A DNA stretch of 64,000 bases from the NCBI GenBank assembly GCA_038885755.1, contig JAVZZH010000004.1, positions 1-64,000 of the forward strand, written 5' to 3'. A program made the position numbers and the translations under genes. Positions within the stretch are counted from its first letter, which is position 1. The number at the start of each line of letters is the position of its first letter. Below are positions 28,433-37,868 of this stretch, piece by piece. This DNA comes from Candidatus Caldarchaeum sp. Its GTDB lineage: Archaea > Thermoproteota > Nitrososphaeria_A > Caldarchaeales > Caldarchaeaceae. The notes beneath the pieces were generated by a model. The model was not told where the DNA came from and ran no database searches. It saw nothing but the letters and a program-made list of their open reading frames with translations.

Positions 28433-29995
28433 TTATCGGCGCCTCAAAACCACGACCTCCGCCTCAAGCTCCTGCCTCAGCGCGGCCGCCAACCCATTCA
28501 CGAAACCCGGGTAGACATCCCTCCCCCAGTCGAGGATGACAATTTTCTTATACCTCGCCTGCTTCAGCCTGTGGATGATTTCGCCGACCATATCTCTCTC
28601 GAGATCACGCATCAAGCTGGGCGGAAACGTTGTCTGGGAATGCGGGAAGACGTTGACGAGCGAGAACGGAACAAGACCGTAAGGCGTTCCGTAGGTGAGG
28701 AGCTCGAAATCCTCGGACTGAACAAGCTCAGCCACCCTCTCCAGCAGCCTAGAATGGTTCTTCACAGCGGTCGCACGGTAGTTGAGCAGGACAGCGACGT
28801 CGCATCCGTCTGCTTCGAGCTTGAAGTTTTCGAGAGCCGCAAGAGCTCTCCTGACCTCGGGCCTCCGCATGCTCAGCCTGTCGTAAACAAACATCCCTCT
28901 CCTCTTGGAGACAGGGGTCTGCCTCGTCAGAGCTTCAGCCAGCCTCTCGTCCTCGCACACATGCCTGAAGGCCTCGTACAGAGCGGGATGGCTTCGGGCC
29001 CTCTTCTCCAGCAGCTCAAACAACCTCCCCTCCCAGACAGCCTGCCTGACCAAGCTAAGCTCCTCGAAGCACACGCTGAGGTTGTGGAGCGCAAGCATCC
29101 TAAACCTTTCCTGCGAGGGCATCTCCCTCAACTCCTTCGCCGTCGTCGACGAACAAACCCTGCAGCTGCACGGCAGAGCCGAAAGCTGTTCAAGCCTGAA
29201 AGTCCCGTCAGCCACGAGGTATCTATCCTCGAGGGCGAACAGAGCGTAGGAAGCCGAGTCGAACAAGTCGCATCCGAGGGCAACGATTAGCGAGAAAAGC
29301 ATGGGATGGCCTGCTCCGAAGAGATGGAGGACCGGGCCCACGCCTAGCCTGAGACGGGTCGTCGTAATCATCCTGGCCAGAGGCTTGTAGTTGTAAGAAG
29401 TCATCAGGGGAGTGGGGCTGCCGAGGCAGTAGATGCTGAACCCCATCGACCTGTACTCGTCGATGCACCGCTCGATCAAATCAGCGTAGACCCCTCCCTG
29501 AACAGGCGCAACCCATGCACAGCGAGGGTTAGGGCCCAAAACCTGCATCGTGGCTCTGACGTTGGCCAGCGTCTCCTCCACGGTCTTCTCCGCCCTCCCC
29601 CTCCTGACGAGACCCGTGGGCCTGTCCAGAGGCACCGCTATGTCCGACCCAATCCCCTCCTCAAACAGAGCTATGTCGACCGGAGACGCGTCGACATCAC
29701 CGTACTGAAGAACCTGATAGCCACCCGAGTCCGTCATCACGACGCCGTCAAAGCCTATCAAACGGTGGACGCCCTGCTCCAAAGCCTCCTGCCTAAGCCT
29801 CCTGTACAGGACGTAAGCGTTGGTGATGACTATGCCGCATCCGAAAAGCTCCTTCATCTCTTTGGCTGGAATCACCTGGCTGACCGGGTTTATCACCGGC
29901 ACGAAGGCAGGCGTCTCGACGGTCTTGCCCCCAACCGTAAACCTGCCCACCCGCCCAAGAAGGTCTTTGTGCCTGACCTCGAAGAACACGTCCAC
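28433..29995 (-). CDS. tgtA: tRNA-guanine(15) transglycosylase (archaeosine synthesis)
   Basis: ETPAFVPV, MTDSGGYQ, HLFGAGHP, DLFDSASY, CSCRVC. Confidence 0.93.
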   Translation of the reverse strand: MDVFFEVRHKDLLGRVGRFTVGGKTVETPAFVPVINPVSQVIPAKEMKELFGCGIVITNAYVLYRRLRQEALEQGVHRLIGFDGVVMTDSGGYQVLQYGDVDASPVDIALFEEGIGSDIAVPLDRPTGLVRRGRAEKTVEETLANVRATMQVLGPNPRCAWVAPVQGGVYADLIERCIDEYRSMGFSIYCLGSPTPLMTSYNYKPLARMITTTRLRLGVGPVLHLFGAGHPMLFSLIVALGCDLFDSASYALFALEDRYLVADGTFRLEQLSALPCSCRVCSSTTAKELREMPSQERFRMLALHNLSVCFEELSLVRQAVWEGRLFELLEKRARSHPALYEAFRHVCEDERLAEALTRQTPVSKRRGMFVYDRLSMRRPEVRRALAALENFKLEADGCDVAVLLNYRATAVKNHSRLLERVAELVQSEDFELLTYGTPYGLVPFSLVNVFPHSQTTFPPSLMRDLERDMVGEIIHRLKQARYKKIVILDWGRDVYPGFVNGLAAALRQELEAEVVVLRRR

Positions 29996-30068
29996 GGCTG
30001 TTCGGCTCGAAGGCCCTTTTTTAAGGACTGTGGAAAAACCCTATTAACGCCCCGTCACAAATAGCCCC

Positions 30069-30770
30069 ATGCTCGAAACCGAGATAAGGTACGAGGACGG
30101 GGCGAAAAAGCTGAGGCTTAAAGACGGCGTGCTCGTCGAAGGCCTTCCCGGCATAGGCCTAGTCGCCAAGGTGTCGGTCGCCTACGTCCTCAGGAACATG
30201 AAGGCAGAAAGAGTCTGCAGGCTTTTCTCCCCATTCTTCCCAGCCATAGGCTACGTCTCGGAGGGCAAGCTCGTCTTCAGCTTCGCAGACATCTACCACG
30301 TCGACCACGACCCTCCACTTCTCCTCCTGTACGGAAACGCCCAGCCGTCAACCAGCTACGGCCAGTACGACATGTGCCAGAAGGTCGTCTCAGTAGCGAA
30401 GGAACTGGGATGCGGAACAATACTCACCATCGGCGGCTACGGCAAAGACAGAGTCTCGGAGAGAAGAGACCTCTACTGCTCCTCAACCGACCAAGAATTC
30501 CTCGAAAAATGGCTCAAAGTAATCAACGGCGTCAAGTACACCGGCCAGATAGTCGGAGCCGCAGGCCTCCTCACGGTCCTGGCGGCCGAGGCCGGGCTGA
30601 AAAACTTCTCGATGCTCGTCGAGACCGCCGAGATGGCTCCCGACTTCTTCGCCGCCCAGAGAGCCGTCGAAGCCATGGTCAAGCTGCTCGGCCTGAAGCT
30701 CAAAACCCCTTCAGCCGAAGAGCTTTCGAAACACTACATGCTGAGCCTGATGGAGCTCGAGTCTTTTTAA
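30069..30770 (+). CDS. Proteasome assembly chaperone family protein (PAC2)
   Basis: EGLPGIGLVAK, TIGGY, IVGAAGLL. Confidence 0.88.
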   Translation: MLETEIRYEDGAKKLRLKDGVLVEGLPGIGLVAKVSVAYVLRNMKAERVCRLFSPFFPAIGYVSEGKLVFSFADIYHVDHDPPLLLLYGNAQPSTSYGQYDMCQKVVSVAKELGCGTILTIGGYGKDRVSERRDLYCSSTDQEFLEKWLKVINGVKYTGQIVGAAGLLTVLAAEAGLKNFSMLVETAEMAPDFFAAQRAVEAMVKLLGLKLKTPSAEELSKHYMLSLMELESF

Positions 30771-30816
30771 AGCTATCAGGTTAAATACATCTGGTTGTTT
30801 ATCCATTTTCAGGCGG

Positions 30817-31158
30817 ATGTCGGGCGAGGACGAGGAGCTGGAGAGGTTGAGGCAGCAGAGGATGGCCGAGCTCCAAGCAAGGGCCGCTGAGGAGCAGGCT
30901 AGGAGGCAGAAGGAGATGGAGAGGGCTGCTCTGCTGAGGGCGATTCTAACACCAGAGGCTAGACAGAGGCTCAACAACCTCAAGCTGATCAGGCCAGAGA
31001 TAGCGGAGAGGGTTGAGGCTTACCTGATTCAGGTCTCGCAGACGGGGAACGTGAAGCTGCCCATAGACGATGAAGGGCTCAAGCTCGTGCTAGACAGGAT
31101 GATGCCCAGGAAGAAGGAGACAAAGATAGAATGGCGTTCGAAGGGGGTGGAGTGGTAG
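30817..31158 (+). CDS. PDCD5-family dsDNA-binding protein
   Basis: ELERLRQQRMAEL, LTPEARQRLNNLKL. Confidence 0.9.
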   Translation: MSGEDEELERLRQQRMAELQARAAEEQARRQKEMERAALLRAILTPEARQRLNNLKLIRPEIAERVEAYLIQVSQTGNVKLPIDDEGLKLVLDRMMPRKKETKIEWRSKGVEW

Positions 31159-31161
31159 TAT

Positions 31162-31584
31162 ATGGTGTCCATAGACGAGAAGGTTCATCTCGAGAAGTTC
31201 AGACAGTTCATAATACTCAACACCTGCGCATCCTACATTCCCGCCACATACCTCCACGACACAACTATTTTCCCCGAGAGAGAATCGTCTCTGGGAACGA
31301 TTTACGTCGAAGCCGTGTCTAAAATCCCTTTGAAGGAGATGAGGGACGTGAGGTTCGTCAAAGCCGTCGACGTCCTGGGCGTAATCTACAAGTCCAAGAG
31401 CGGGAACACCGACCTCAAGTGGAGGCAGTTAAAGGGAAGCTTCGGAAGGCTTACGGGTGAAGCGTCTCCCAACTCCCTAGTCAACCTGATAGAGTCAGGC
31501 ATCATCAGGAAAGATTTCATCAAGAAAAAGCTGGAGGAGCTCTCCCAGAAGGAGCAGGAAGCAACCGAGCAGGATTATGCTTAA
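31162..31584 (+). CDS. Hypothetical protein
   Basis: 140-aa ORF coupled to the PDCD5 gene, typical codon usage. Confidence 0.7.
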   Translation: MVSIDEKVHLEKFRQFIILNTCASYIPATYLHDTTIFPERESSLGTIYVEAVSKIPLKEMRDVRFVKAVDVLGVIYKSKSGNTDLKWRQLKGSFGRLTGEASPNSLVNLIESGIIRKDFIKKKLEELSQKEQEATEQDYA

Positions 31585-31611
31585 GAACAAGCCCTTATCA
31601 ATACCTTATTC

Positions 31612-32796
31612 ATGAAGGTAGCTCTAGCCTACAGCGGCGGTCTGGACACAACCGTCATGATAAAGTGGATAAGCAAGAATTACCGAGCTGAAGTAATCAC
31701 GGTCACGGTTGACGTGGGGCAGGATGAGGACTTTGACGAGATAGCTGACAAGGCGTACAGAAGCGGAGCGGTCAAGCACTACAACGTGGACGCTAAAGCA
31801 AGGTTTGCCGACGAGTTTGTGAAACGAGCCATTAAGGCCAACGCCCTCTACGAAAGGAGCTACCCGTTGTCCGCCGCTCTCAGCAGGCCGTTGATAGCTG
31901 AGGAGGTCGCCCGCATCGCTTTGAAGGAGGGGTGCGACGCCGTTGCCCACGGCTGCACAGGCAAGGGGAACGACCAGCTGAGGTTCGACGCTACTTTCTC
32001 AGCCGTAGCTCCCGAGCTCAAGATTCTTGCGCCTGTCAGGGAGTGGAACATGAGCAGGGATGAGGAGATAGAGTTCGCCCTAGAGCACAACCTTCCTGTC
32101 AACCCCCAGAAGAGCAGGTTCAGCATCGACGAGAACCTCTGGGGCAGGTCTATAGAGGCTGCTGAGCTTGAGGACCCGTGGGCCGAGCCTCCGGAAGAGG
32201 CTTTCAAGCTGGTGAAGCCGCTCAGCATGACGCCTGACAAGCCTGAAGAGATAGTGATAGGGTTCGAGGACGGCGTTCCAGTATCTCTGGACGGCAGGAG
32301 GATGAACCTCGTCGACATAATCAAGACCCTAAACCAGATTGGAGGTAGTCATGGATACGGTGTTGTCGACCATGTTGAAGACAGAGTTGTTGGGCTGAAG
32401 TCAAGAGAGGTCTACGAGCTTCCAGCCGCCCTCATACTCATCAACGCTCACATCGACCTCGAGAAGATGTTCCTAGGCAGGAGGATGCAGGCATTCAAAC
32501 AAGTCGTGGACGCGGCGTGGGCCGACATGGTCTACGGAGGGCTTTGGGCCGACCCTCTGAGGAAGGCTCTGGACGCCTTCATAGATAGTTCACAGCTGGG
32601 TGTTAACGGCGAGGTGAGGGTTAGGCTTTTCAAGGGAACGATGAGGATCACGGGTAGGAGGGGTGTGAAGCCGCTCTACTCTCGTGAGCAGATAACCTAC
32701 GCCCGTGAAAGCGTCTTCGACCAGAAAGCTGGGGAAGGATTCTCAAAGCTGTGGAGTCTGGAGACCAGGCTCAACTCCCTGAGGGAGAAGCAGTAG
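31612..32796 (+). CDS. argG: Argininosuccinate synthase
   Basis: AYSGGLDT, HGCTGKGNDQ.RF, SIDENLWGRS, KSREVYE. Confidence 0.96.
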   Translation: MKVALAYSGGLDTTVMIKWISKNYRAEVITVTVDVGQDEDFDEIADKAYRSGAVKHYNVDAKARFADEFVKRAIKANALYERSYPLSAALSRPLIAEEVARIALKEGCDAVAHGCTGKGNDQLRFDATFSAVAPELKILAPVREWNMSRDEEIEFALEHNLPVNPQKSRFSIDENLWGRSIEAAELEDPWAEPPEEAFKLVKPLSMTPDKPEEIVIGFEDGVPVSLDGRRMNLVDIIKTLNQIGGSHGYGVVDHVEDRVVGLKSREVYELPAALILINAHIDLEKMFLGRRMQAFKQVVDAAWADMVYGGLWADPLRKALDAFIDSSQLGVNGEVRVRLFKGTMRITGRRGVKPLYSREQITYARESVFDQKAGEGFSKLWSLETRLNSLREKQ

Positions 32797-32797
32797 G

Positions 32798-34231
32798 ATG
32801 GAAACCGCCCCACACCGGAGAGGCATATTGGAGAAACAGATGGACAGGTCAGCGGCTTCATACACTTCCTCATCCTCCTTCGACACAGCCATAGCCGACT
32901 CGACGATATACGTCAACATAGCTCACATAAGGGCTTTGGAGAAGCTTGGAGTTGTGTCGAAGGATTCAGCAGAAAGAGCGGTAAGGTTTCTGTCTTCGCT
33001 CCTGAAGACTGGCGTGAAAATCCCCGGGGAGGCGGAGGACATACACATAGTCGTCGAGTCGGCTCTCTCGAACCACGTTCCCGAGGTTGGGGAGATGCTG
33101 GCTCTGGGCAAGAGCAGGAACGACGCCGTTGTCGCCGCAGTCAAGATAAAACTCAGGCAGAAGCTCTACGAGCTGGGCCTCAGCCTCCTCGAGACGACCG
33201 AAGCACTCCTGTCTAGGAGCTTAGCAGAGGCGGCCGCCGTCTTCCCCGTATACACCCATCTTCAACGAGCGGCCCCAGCCAGCTTCGGCTTCGTGCTCCA
33301 GTCCTACGCGGTTAGGCTCCTCAAAACCTACCCTTTACTGGAAACCGTTCTGGAGGAGTGTAAGGAGTCTCCCCTCGGCTCTGGACCGGTTGCAGGAACA
33401 TCAGTCCCCCTCGACAGGCAGTATGTCGCAGACCTTCTGGGATTCAGCAGGCTTAGCTTAAACGCTTTGGAGGCGACCGCCTCGAGAGATTTCCTCCTAC
33501 ACACCCTAGCATTAAGCCTCGCCGTCGCAGTGGTCCTCTCGTCGTTCGCGGAGGAGATGGTTGTCTACTCGTCTGAGGAGTTCGGGCTTCTGAGGATGCC
33601 GGAGGAGCTTTCGGCAACGAGCAGCATAATGCCGCAGAAGAGAAACCCCGTGGTGGCGGAGGTGATGAGGACCAAGGCTGCGGAGGCTCTCGCCGGCCTG
33701 ACGGCTGTGGCGGGTATTCTGGCGAGGCAGCCGAGCGGATACAACCTCGACCTCCAGCAGACAACTCCTAAGATGTGGATTGTTCTGGAGCAGGTCAGCG
33801 ATAGCCTTGAGGTTGCCCGTAAACTCGTAAACACAGTCGAGGTAGATTACAGAAGGGCGTTCGACGCTTGCCGACCTCCCACGGCGGCGGTCGAGCTGGC
33901 CAACTACCTGACGCTAAGCCACGGCATAAGCTTCAGAAAAGCACACAGCGTTGCGGGCAAGATAAGCAGGCTCATAGCCCTGAACAACCTCAACCCCGAC
34001 ACTCTGGCCGAGGCGTTCGAGGGGCTTGGCCTGAATATGAGGGTGGATGAAATAATTGCCGTCATGGAGCCTTCCCGAGCTCTCGCCAGATACTCTGCTC
34101 TAGGCTCGGCGAACCCGGACCACGTCAGGGAGGTCTCGTCCAAGCTTCTGGAAGAAACAAGGAGAATGAAGCGAGAGTTGATGGATGAGAGAGACAGGTA
34201 TGCTGAAACTCTCTCGAAGCTTCTAGCCTGA
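32798..34231 (+). CDS. argH: Argininosuccinate lyase
   Basis: SRND, YTHLQRA, SSIMPQKRNP. Confidence 0.95.
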   Translation: METAPHRRGILEKQMDRSAASYTSSSSFDTAIADSTIYVNIAHIRALEKLGVVSKDSAERAVRFLSSLLKTGVKIPGEAEDIHIVVESALSNHVPEVGEMLALGKSRNDAVVAAVKIKLRQKLYELGLSLLETTEALLSRSLAEAAAVFPVYTHLQRAAPASFGFVLQSYAVRLLKTYPLLETVLEECKESPLGSGPVAGTSVPLDRQYVADLLGFSRLSLNALEATASRDFLLHTLALSLAVAVVLSSFAEEMVVYSSEEFGLLRMPEELSATSSIMPQKRNPVVAEVMRTKAAEALAGLTAVAGILARQPSGYNLDLQQTTPKMWIVLEQVSDSLEVARKLVNTVEVDYRRAFDACRPPTAAVELANYLTLSHGISFRKAHSVAGKISRLIALNNLNPDTLAEAFEGLGLNMRVDEIIAVMEPSRALARYSALGSANPDHVREVSSKLLEETRRMKRELMDERDRYAETLSKLLA

Positions 34232-35302
34232 ATCCATCTCCTTGACGAACTCGGAGTAGATTCTGGCCGCGGTCAGGAGGTCGTTTATGTCGATCGACTC
34301 GGCGTCTGTGTGGGCTAGCGTCGAGTCTCCGGGCCCGCATGCAGCTATGTCTTCGGTGACCGCGACTAGGGTGTTCATGTCGCTCGTCCCCGTCTTCTTC
34401 ACTATCCGAGGCTTGAGGTTGAGCTTGAGCATGGCCCTCTGCAGAGCTCTTGCCGCTTTGTTGTTGACGCTCGCGACCACGGGCTCAGTTATGTCAACGA
34501 TCTTGATTACGCAGCCGGTTGACTCGGCGAACTTGTCAAGCTTCGCCAGAATATCCTTGGAGTTGTAGGGGTGGGGGAACCTTATGTTTATGCTTCCCTC
34601 AGCTCTGTCGGGTATCCTGCTTATCCAGTCGCCGGCGTGTATCATGGTCAAAGCCGAGGTGACCTCCTCATACCTCTTACCGCCGAAATCCTGACTAACC
34701 ATCCTCCACAGGTTTAGAATCTTCTCTACTGCCGACTCGGCTATGTAGGGTGCTGAGGCATGGCCTCCCTTGGCTGAAGCCATCACTCTGACGCTTATGC
34801 TCCCCCTGTAGGATACCGCTATGCCGTAAGTTCCGGTTGGCTCGCCTACGACTATGCTGTCAGCTTTGATCTTCTCCTCGACCAGCTTCTTGGCTCCAGC
34901 ACCCATGCCCTCCTCGTCAACCAGCCCCGCCACCACCAGCCTAGAGTTTTTCAGCTTGTCCGACACCATGCTCCCAGCCATGAGCATCGCCGACAACGGG
35001 CCTTTAGCATCGACAGCGCCTCTTCCGTAAATTCTTCCTCCTGAAACCTTTACCCTGAGCTCACCGGGAACAGTGTCGACATGTCCGACGAGCATGGTGG
35101 TCTTCTCACCCTCCCCGACCATGGCGAAGTAGTTCCCCACCTCATCCCGCCATATCTTTGAGTAACCGAGGTCTCCGCAAACCCTGAACCAAGTCCTCTC
35201 CAGCCTTCTCTCCTCTCCCGGAGGCGTGTAGACCTCGAGGAGCTGGACGAGCGTCGCCACCGCCGTCTCCTTGCTTATCTCGCTTGACCTCAGCTCACCC
35301 AA
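34223..35302 (-). CDS. lysK: [LysW]-lysine/[LysW]-ornithine hydrolase (M20)
   Basis: GHVDTVPG, GRGAVDAKG, DEE, GEP, GTSDMN, GPGDS..AH. Confidence 0.9.
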   Translation of the reverse strand: MGELRSSEISKETAVATLVQLLEVYTPPGEERRLERTWFRVCGDLGYSKIWRDEVGNYFAMVGEGEKTTMLVGHVDTVPGELRVKVSGGRIYGRGAVDAKGPLSAMLMAGSMVSDKLKNSRLVVAGLVDEEGMGAGAKKLVEEKIKADSIVVGEPTGTYGIAVSYRGSISVRVMASAKGGHASAPYIAESAVEKILNLWRMVSQDFGGKRYEEVTSALTMIHAGDWISRIPDRAEGSINIRFPHPYNSKDILAKLDKFAESTGCVIKIVDITEPVVASVNNKAARALQRAMLKLNLKPRIVKKTGTSDMNTLVAVTEDIAACGPGDSTLAHTDAESIDINDLLTAARIYSEFVKEMDSG

Positions 35303-35381
35303 CTGTAGCCGGTTCTTCGTGCTGCTGTTCGATTATAAATGTTTGGATAACTTTTTACGCTCCGGGGAACCATCATCCTGC

Positions 35382-36716
35382 ATGGAAAGAGTAAGAGTTT
35401 TGATAATGGGGGCGGCTGGACGTGACAGGGTTTAGGAGAAACCCCACGAGTTCCACAACTTCAACGTCTTCTTCAGAAACCGCCCCGAATACGAGGTTGT
35501 GGCTTTCACTGCCGCCCAGATACCGGGGATCGCCGGTAGAGTTTATCCTCCGTCGCTGGCCGGCGCTCTTTACCCGGACGGAATACCTGTGTACGACGAG
35601 GCCGACCTTCCTAAGCTGGTGGTTGACAAGAAGGTACAGTTGATCGTCTTTTCATACAGCGACGTGTCTCATCTGGAGGTCATGCACAAGGCGTCGTTGG
35701 CTGTCTCGCTTGGAGCCGACTTCATGCTTCTCGGCCCTCAGTCCACCATGCTAAAGAGCGTCAAGCCGGTCGTAGCTATCACCGGTGTCAAGACCGGAGT
35801 TGGCAAGAGCACCGTCTCTAGGTATGTGGTTAGGCTGCTCCGCCAAAGAGGATTGAGACCCGTGGTCATACGTCATCCCATGCCCTACGGCGAGCTCGAC
35901 AGGCAGGAGGTCCAGAGGTTTGAAAAGCTAGAGGACCTCGACGTGCACCGATGCTCTGTCGAGGAGAGGGAGGAGTATATTCCTCATTTAAGGGAGGGGT
36001 CTGTTGTCTACGCCGGAGTTGACTACGAGAAGGTTTTGAGGAGGGCTGAGTTGGAGGCCGACGTGATTGTCTGGGATGGCGGGAACAACGACTTCCCGTT
36101 CATAGCTCCAGACCTTCACATCACCGTGGTGGATGCGACGCGGCCGGGTCTTGAGACGGAGACCTACCCCGGTGAGGTAAACCTTCTGATGGCCGACGTA
36201 GTCGTCGTGAACAAGGCGGACAAAACTGACCCCGAGAAGCTGGAAATGCTGGTTTCAAAGGTTTCAGCCGTCAACCCTCGGGCGTTTGTGGCGAAGACCG
36301 CCTCCCGACTGCGTGTTGGGGGGAAGGTTGAAGGGTTGAGAGTTTGCGTGGTCGAGGACGGGCCCTCCATCACCCACGGCGGGTTGAGCGTGGGCGCTGC
36401 CTACCATGCGGCGGTTTCGTCCGGGGCCGAGGTTGTGAACCCCAAGCCCTACGCCAAAGGCTTGCTCAAGAAAATATACGACGACTACCCTCACATAGGG
36501 CCCGTGGTTCCGGCGGTAGGCTACAACCAAGACCAGCTCAAGGACCTCAGGGCGACGCTGGAGTCGGTGGACTGCGATGCATTCGTCAGCTCCAGCCCAG
36601 CCGACATCTCGAACCTGCTCGGCCTCAGCAAACCTGTTGTCCAAGTTTGGTACGACGCCGAGGAGGTTGGCGGTGATGTTTTAGCCCATGCTCTCGGAAG
36701 GCTTCGACTTCGCTAG
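35382..36716 (+). CDS. Intron-containing P-loop protein of the ArcE arginine synthetase/cDPGS-like family; join(35382..35426,35451..36716), 436 aa spliced
   Basis: Spliced N-terminus MERVRVLIMGAAGRDFHNFNVFF, FTAAQIP, TGVGKST, RHPMPYG, EEREEY, WDGGNND, VEDGP. Confidence 0.85.
35427..35450 (+). other. 24-nt bulge-helix-bulge (BHB) pre-mRNA intron containing an in-frame TAG
   Basis: TGGA/TCCA outer helix, CGTG/CACG central 4-bp helix, 3-nt bulges ACA and AGT, inner hairpin GGGTTT-AGGAG-AAACCC. Confidence 0.88.
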
Positions 36717-37868
36717 GTATTCGACGCAGCTGTCGCCTATGACTTGGACGGCCTTCTTTATGTCGTTCTCGGTTATGAGGTATGGCGGCAGTAGACGGAG
36801 AACGGTAAGCCCCGCCTTGAACGCTATCAACCCATTCCTCTGCAGCAGTTTTATGAAGCCGCTCGGCTGCATGCGCATCTCAAGCCCTATCATCAAGCCC
36901 GACCTCCTCAGCTGTCGGAAGACCTGACGGTTCTGCTCAACGAGCCCCGCCAGCATTTCACCCAGCACAGCCCCCTTCTCAGCAGCTTGGTCAGGCACAT
37001 GCTCGTCGAGAAGAACATCCACAGCCGCCGAGACCGCTGCAAAGGCCAGCGGGTTTCCGCCGTAGGTTGACCCGTGGTCGGTCTCCTTCAGCCTCGAAGC
37101 AACCTCCTCCGTCGCAGCTACGAAGCTTGCCGGAAACCCTCCGCCGATGGCTTTAGCAGCTGTCATAAAGTCGGGCTTAACCCCCGCCTTCTGATGGGCC
37201 CAGACTAGACCGGTTCTGCCGAACCCTGACTGAACTTCGTCAACTATCAGCAGGGCCCCTACCTCTCTGCAACGTCTTTCGACGGCTTTCAGGAATTCAT
37301 CGCTGGCTGGAACTATTCCACCCTCTCCCTGAACCGGCTCGACGATCACGGCGGCGAACTCCTCGTTGAGCTTCTCCTCGACAGCCGACGGGTCGTTGTA
37401 GGGTGTGAAAACCGTTTCGAACGGGAATGGTTCGAACCCCTCTCGATACTTCGGGTTCCACGTGGCTGAAAGCGCAGCCATCGTCCTTCCGTGGAAGCTG
37501 TTGATGAAAGCCAAGACCTTCCTCCTACCCGTTATCTTCCTAGCGGCTTTCAGAGCCAGCTCAACAGCCTCGGAGCCGCTGTTCATGAAGTAGACTCTCT
37601 CCAGATGATTTGGGAGGATTTTGCCGAGCTTCTCCAAACACTCTTGCTTGACTTCTGTGTCGAAGGACGGCGGAACTGTGATATACTTCTCCATCTGCTC
37701 CCGTAGAGCCTTCACTATCCTTGGGTGTCTATGGCCTAGGAAGGCGACGCCGTATCCTGTGTAGAAGTCAAGGTACTGCCTGCCCGTGTCGTCCCAGACA
37801 TACTGCCCCTCCGCCCTGACGATTTTCAGTTCTCTCGGAGAGGCGAATGGAATAAGACGCACATTCAT
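36681..37868 (-). CDS. lysJ: [LysW]-aminoadipate/glutamate semialdehyde aminotransferase
   Basis: NSGSEAVE, FHGRT, EPVQGEGG, DEVQSGFGRTG, HGSTYGGNP. Confidence 0.92.
   Translation of the reverse strand: MNVRLIPFASPRELKIVRAEGQYVWDDTGRQYLDFYTGYGVAFLGHRHPRIVKALREQMEKYITVPPSFDTEVKQECLEKLGKILPNHLERVYFMNSGSEAVELALKAARKITGRRKVLAFINSFHGRTMAALSATWNPKYREGFEPFPFETVFTPYNDPSAVEEKLNEEFAAVIVEPVQGEGGIVPASDEFLKAVERRCREVGALLIVDEVQSGFGRTGLVWAHQKAGVKPDFMTAAKAIGGGFPASFVAATEEVASRLKETDHGSTYGGNPLAFAAVSAAVDVLLDEHVPDQAAEKGAVLGEMLAGLVEQNRQVFRQLRRSGLMIGLEMRMQPSGFIKLLQRNGLIAFKAGLTVLRLLPPYLITENDIKKAVQVIGDSCVEYLAKSKPSESMG

Noticed and set aside
35433-35435. Pyrrolysine/readthrough or plain pseudogene explanation of the in-frame TAG
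   Set aside because: Readthrough would leave 8 extra residues inside a conserved motif. The exact BHB geometry and the precise motif restoration favour splicing.
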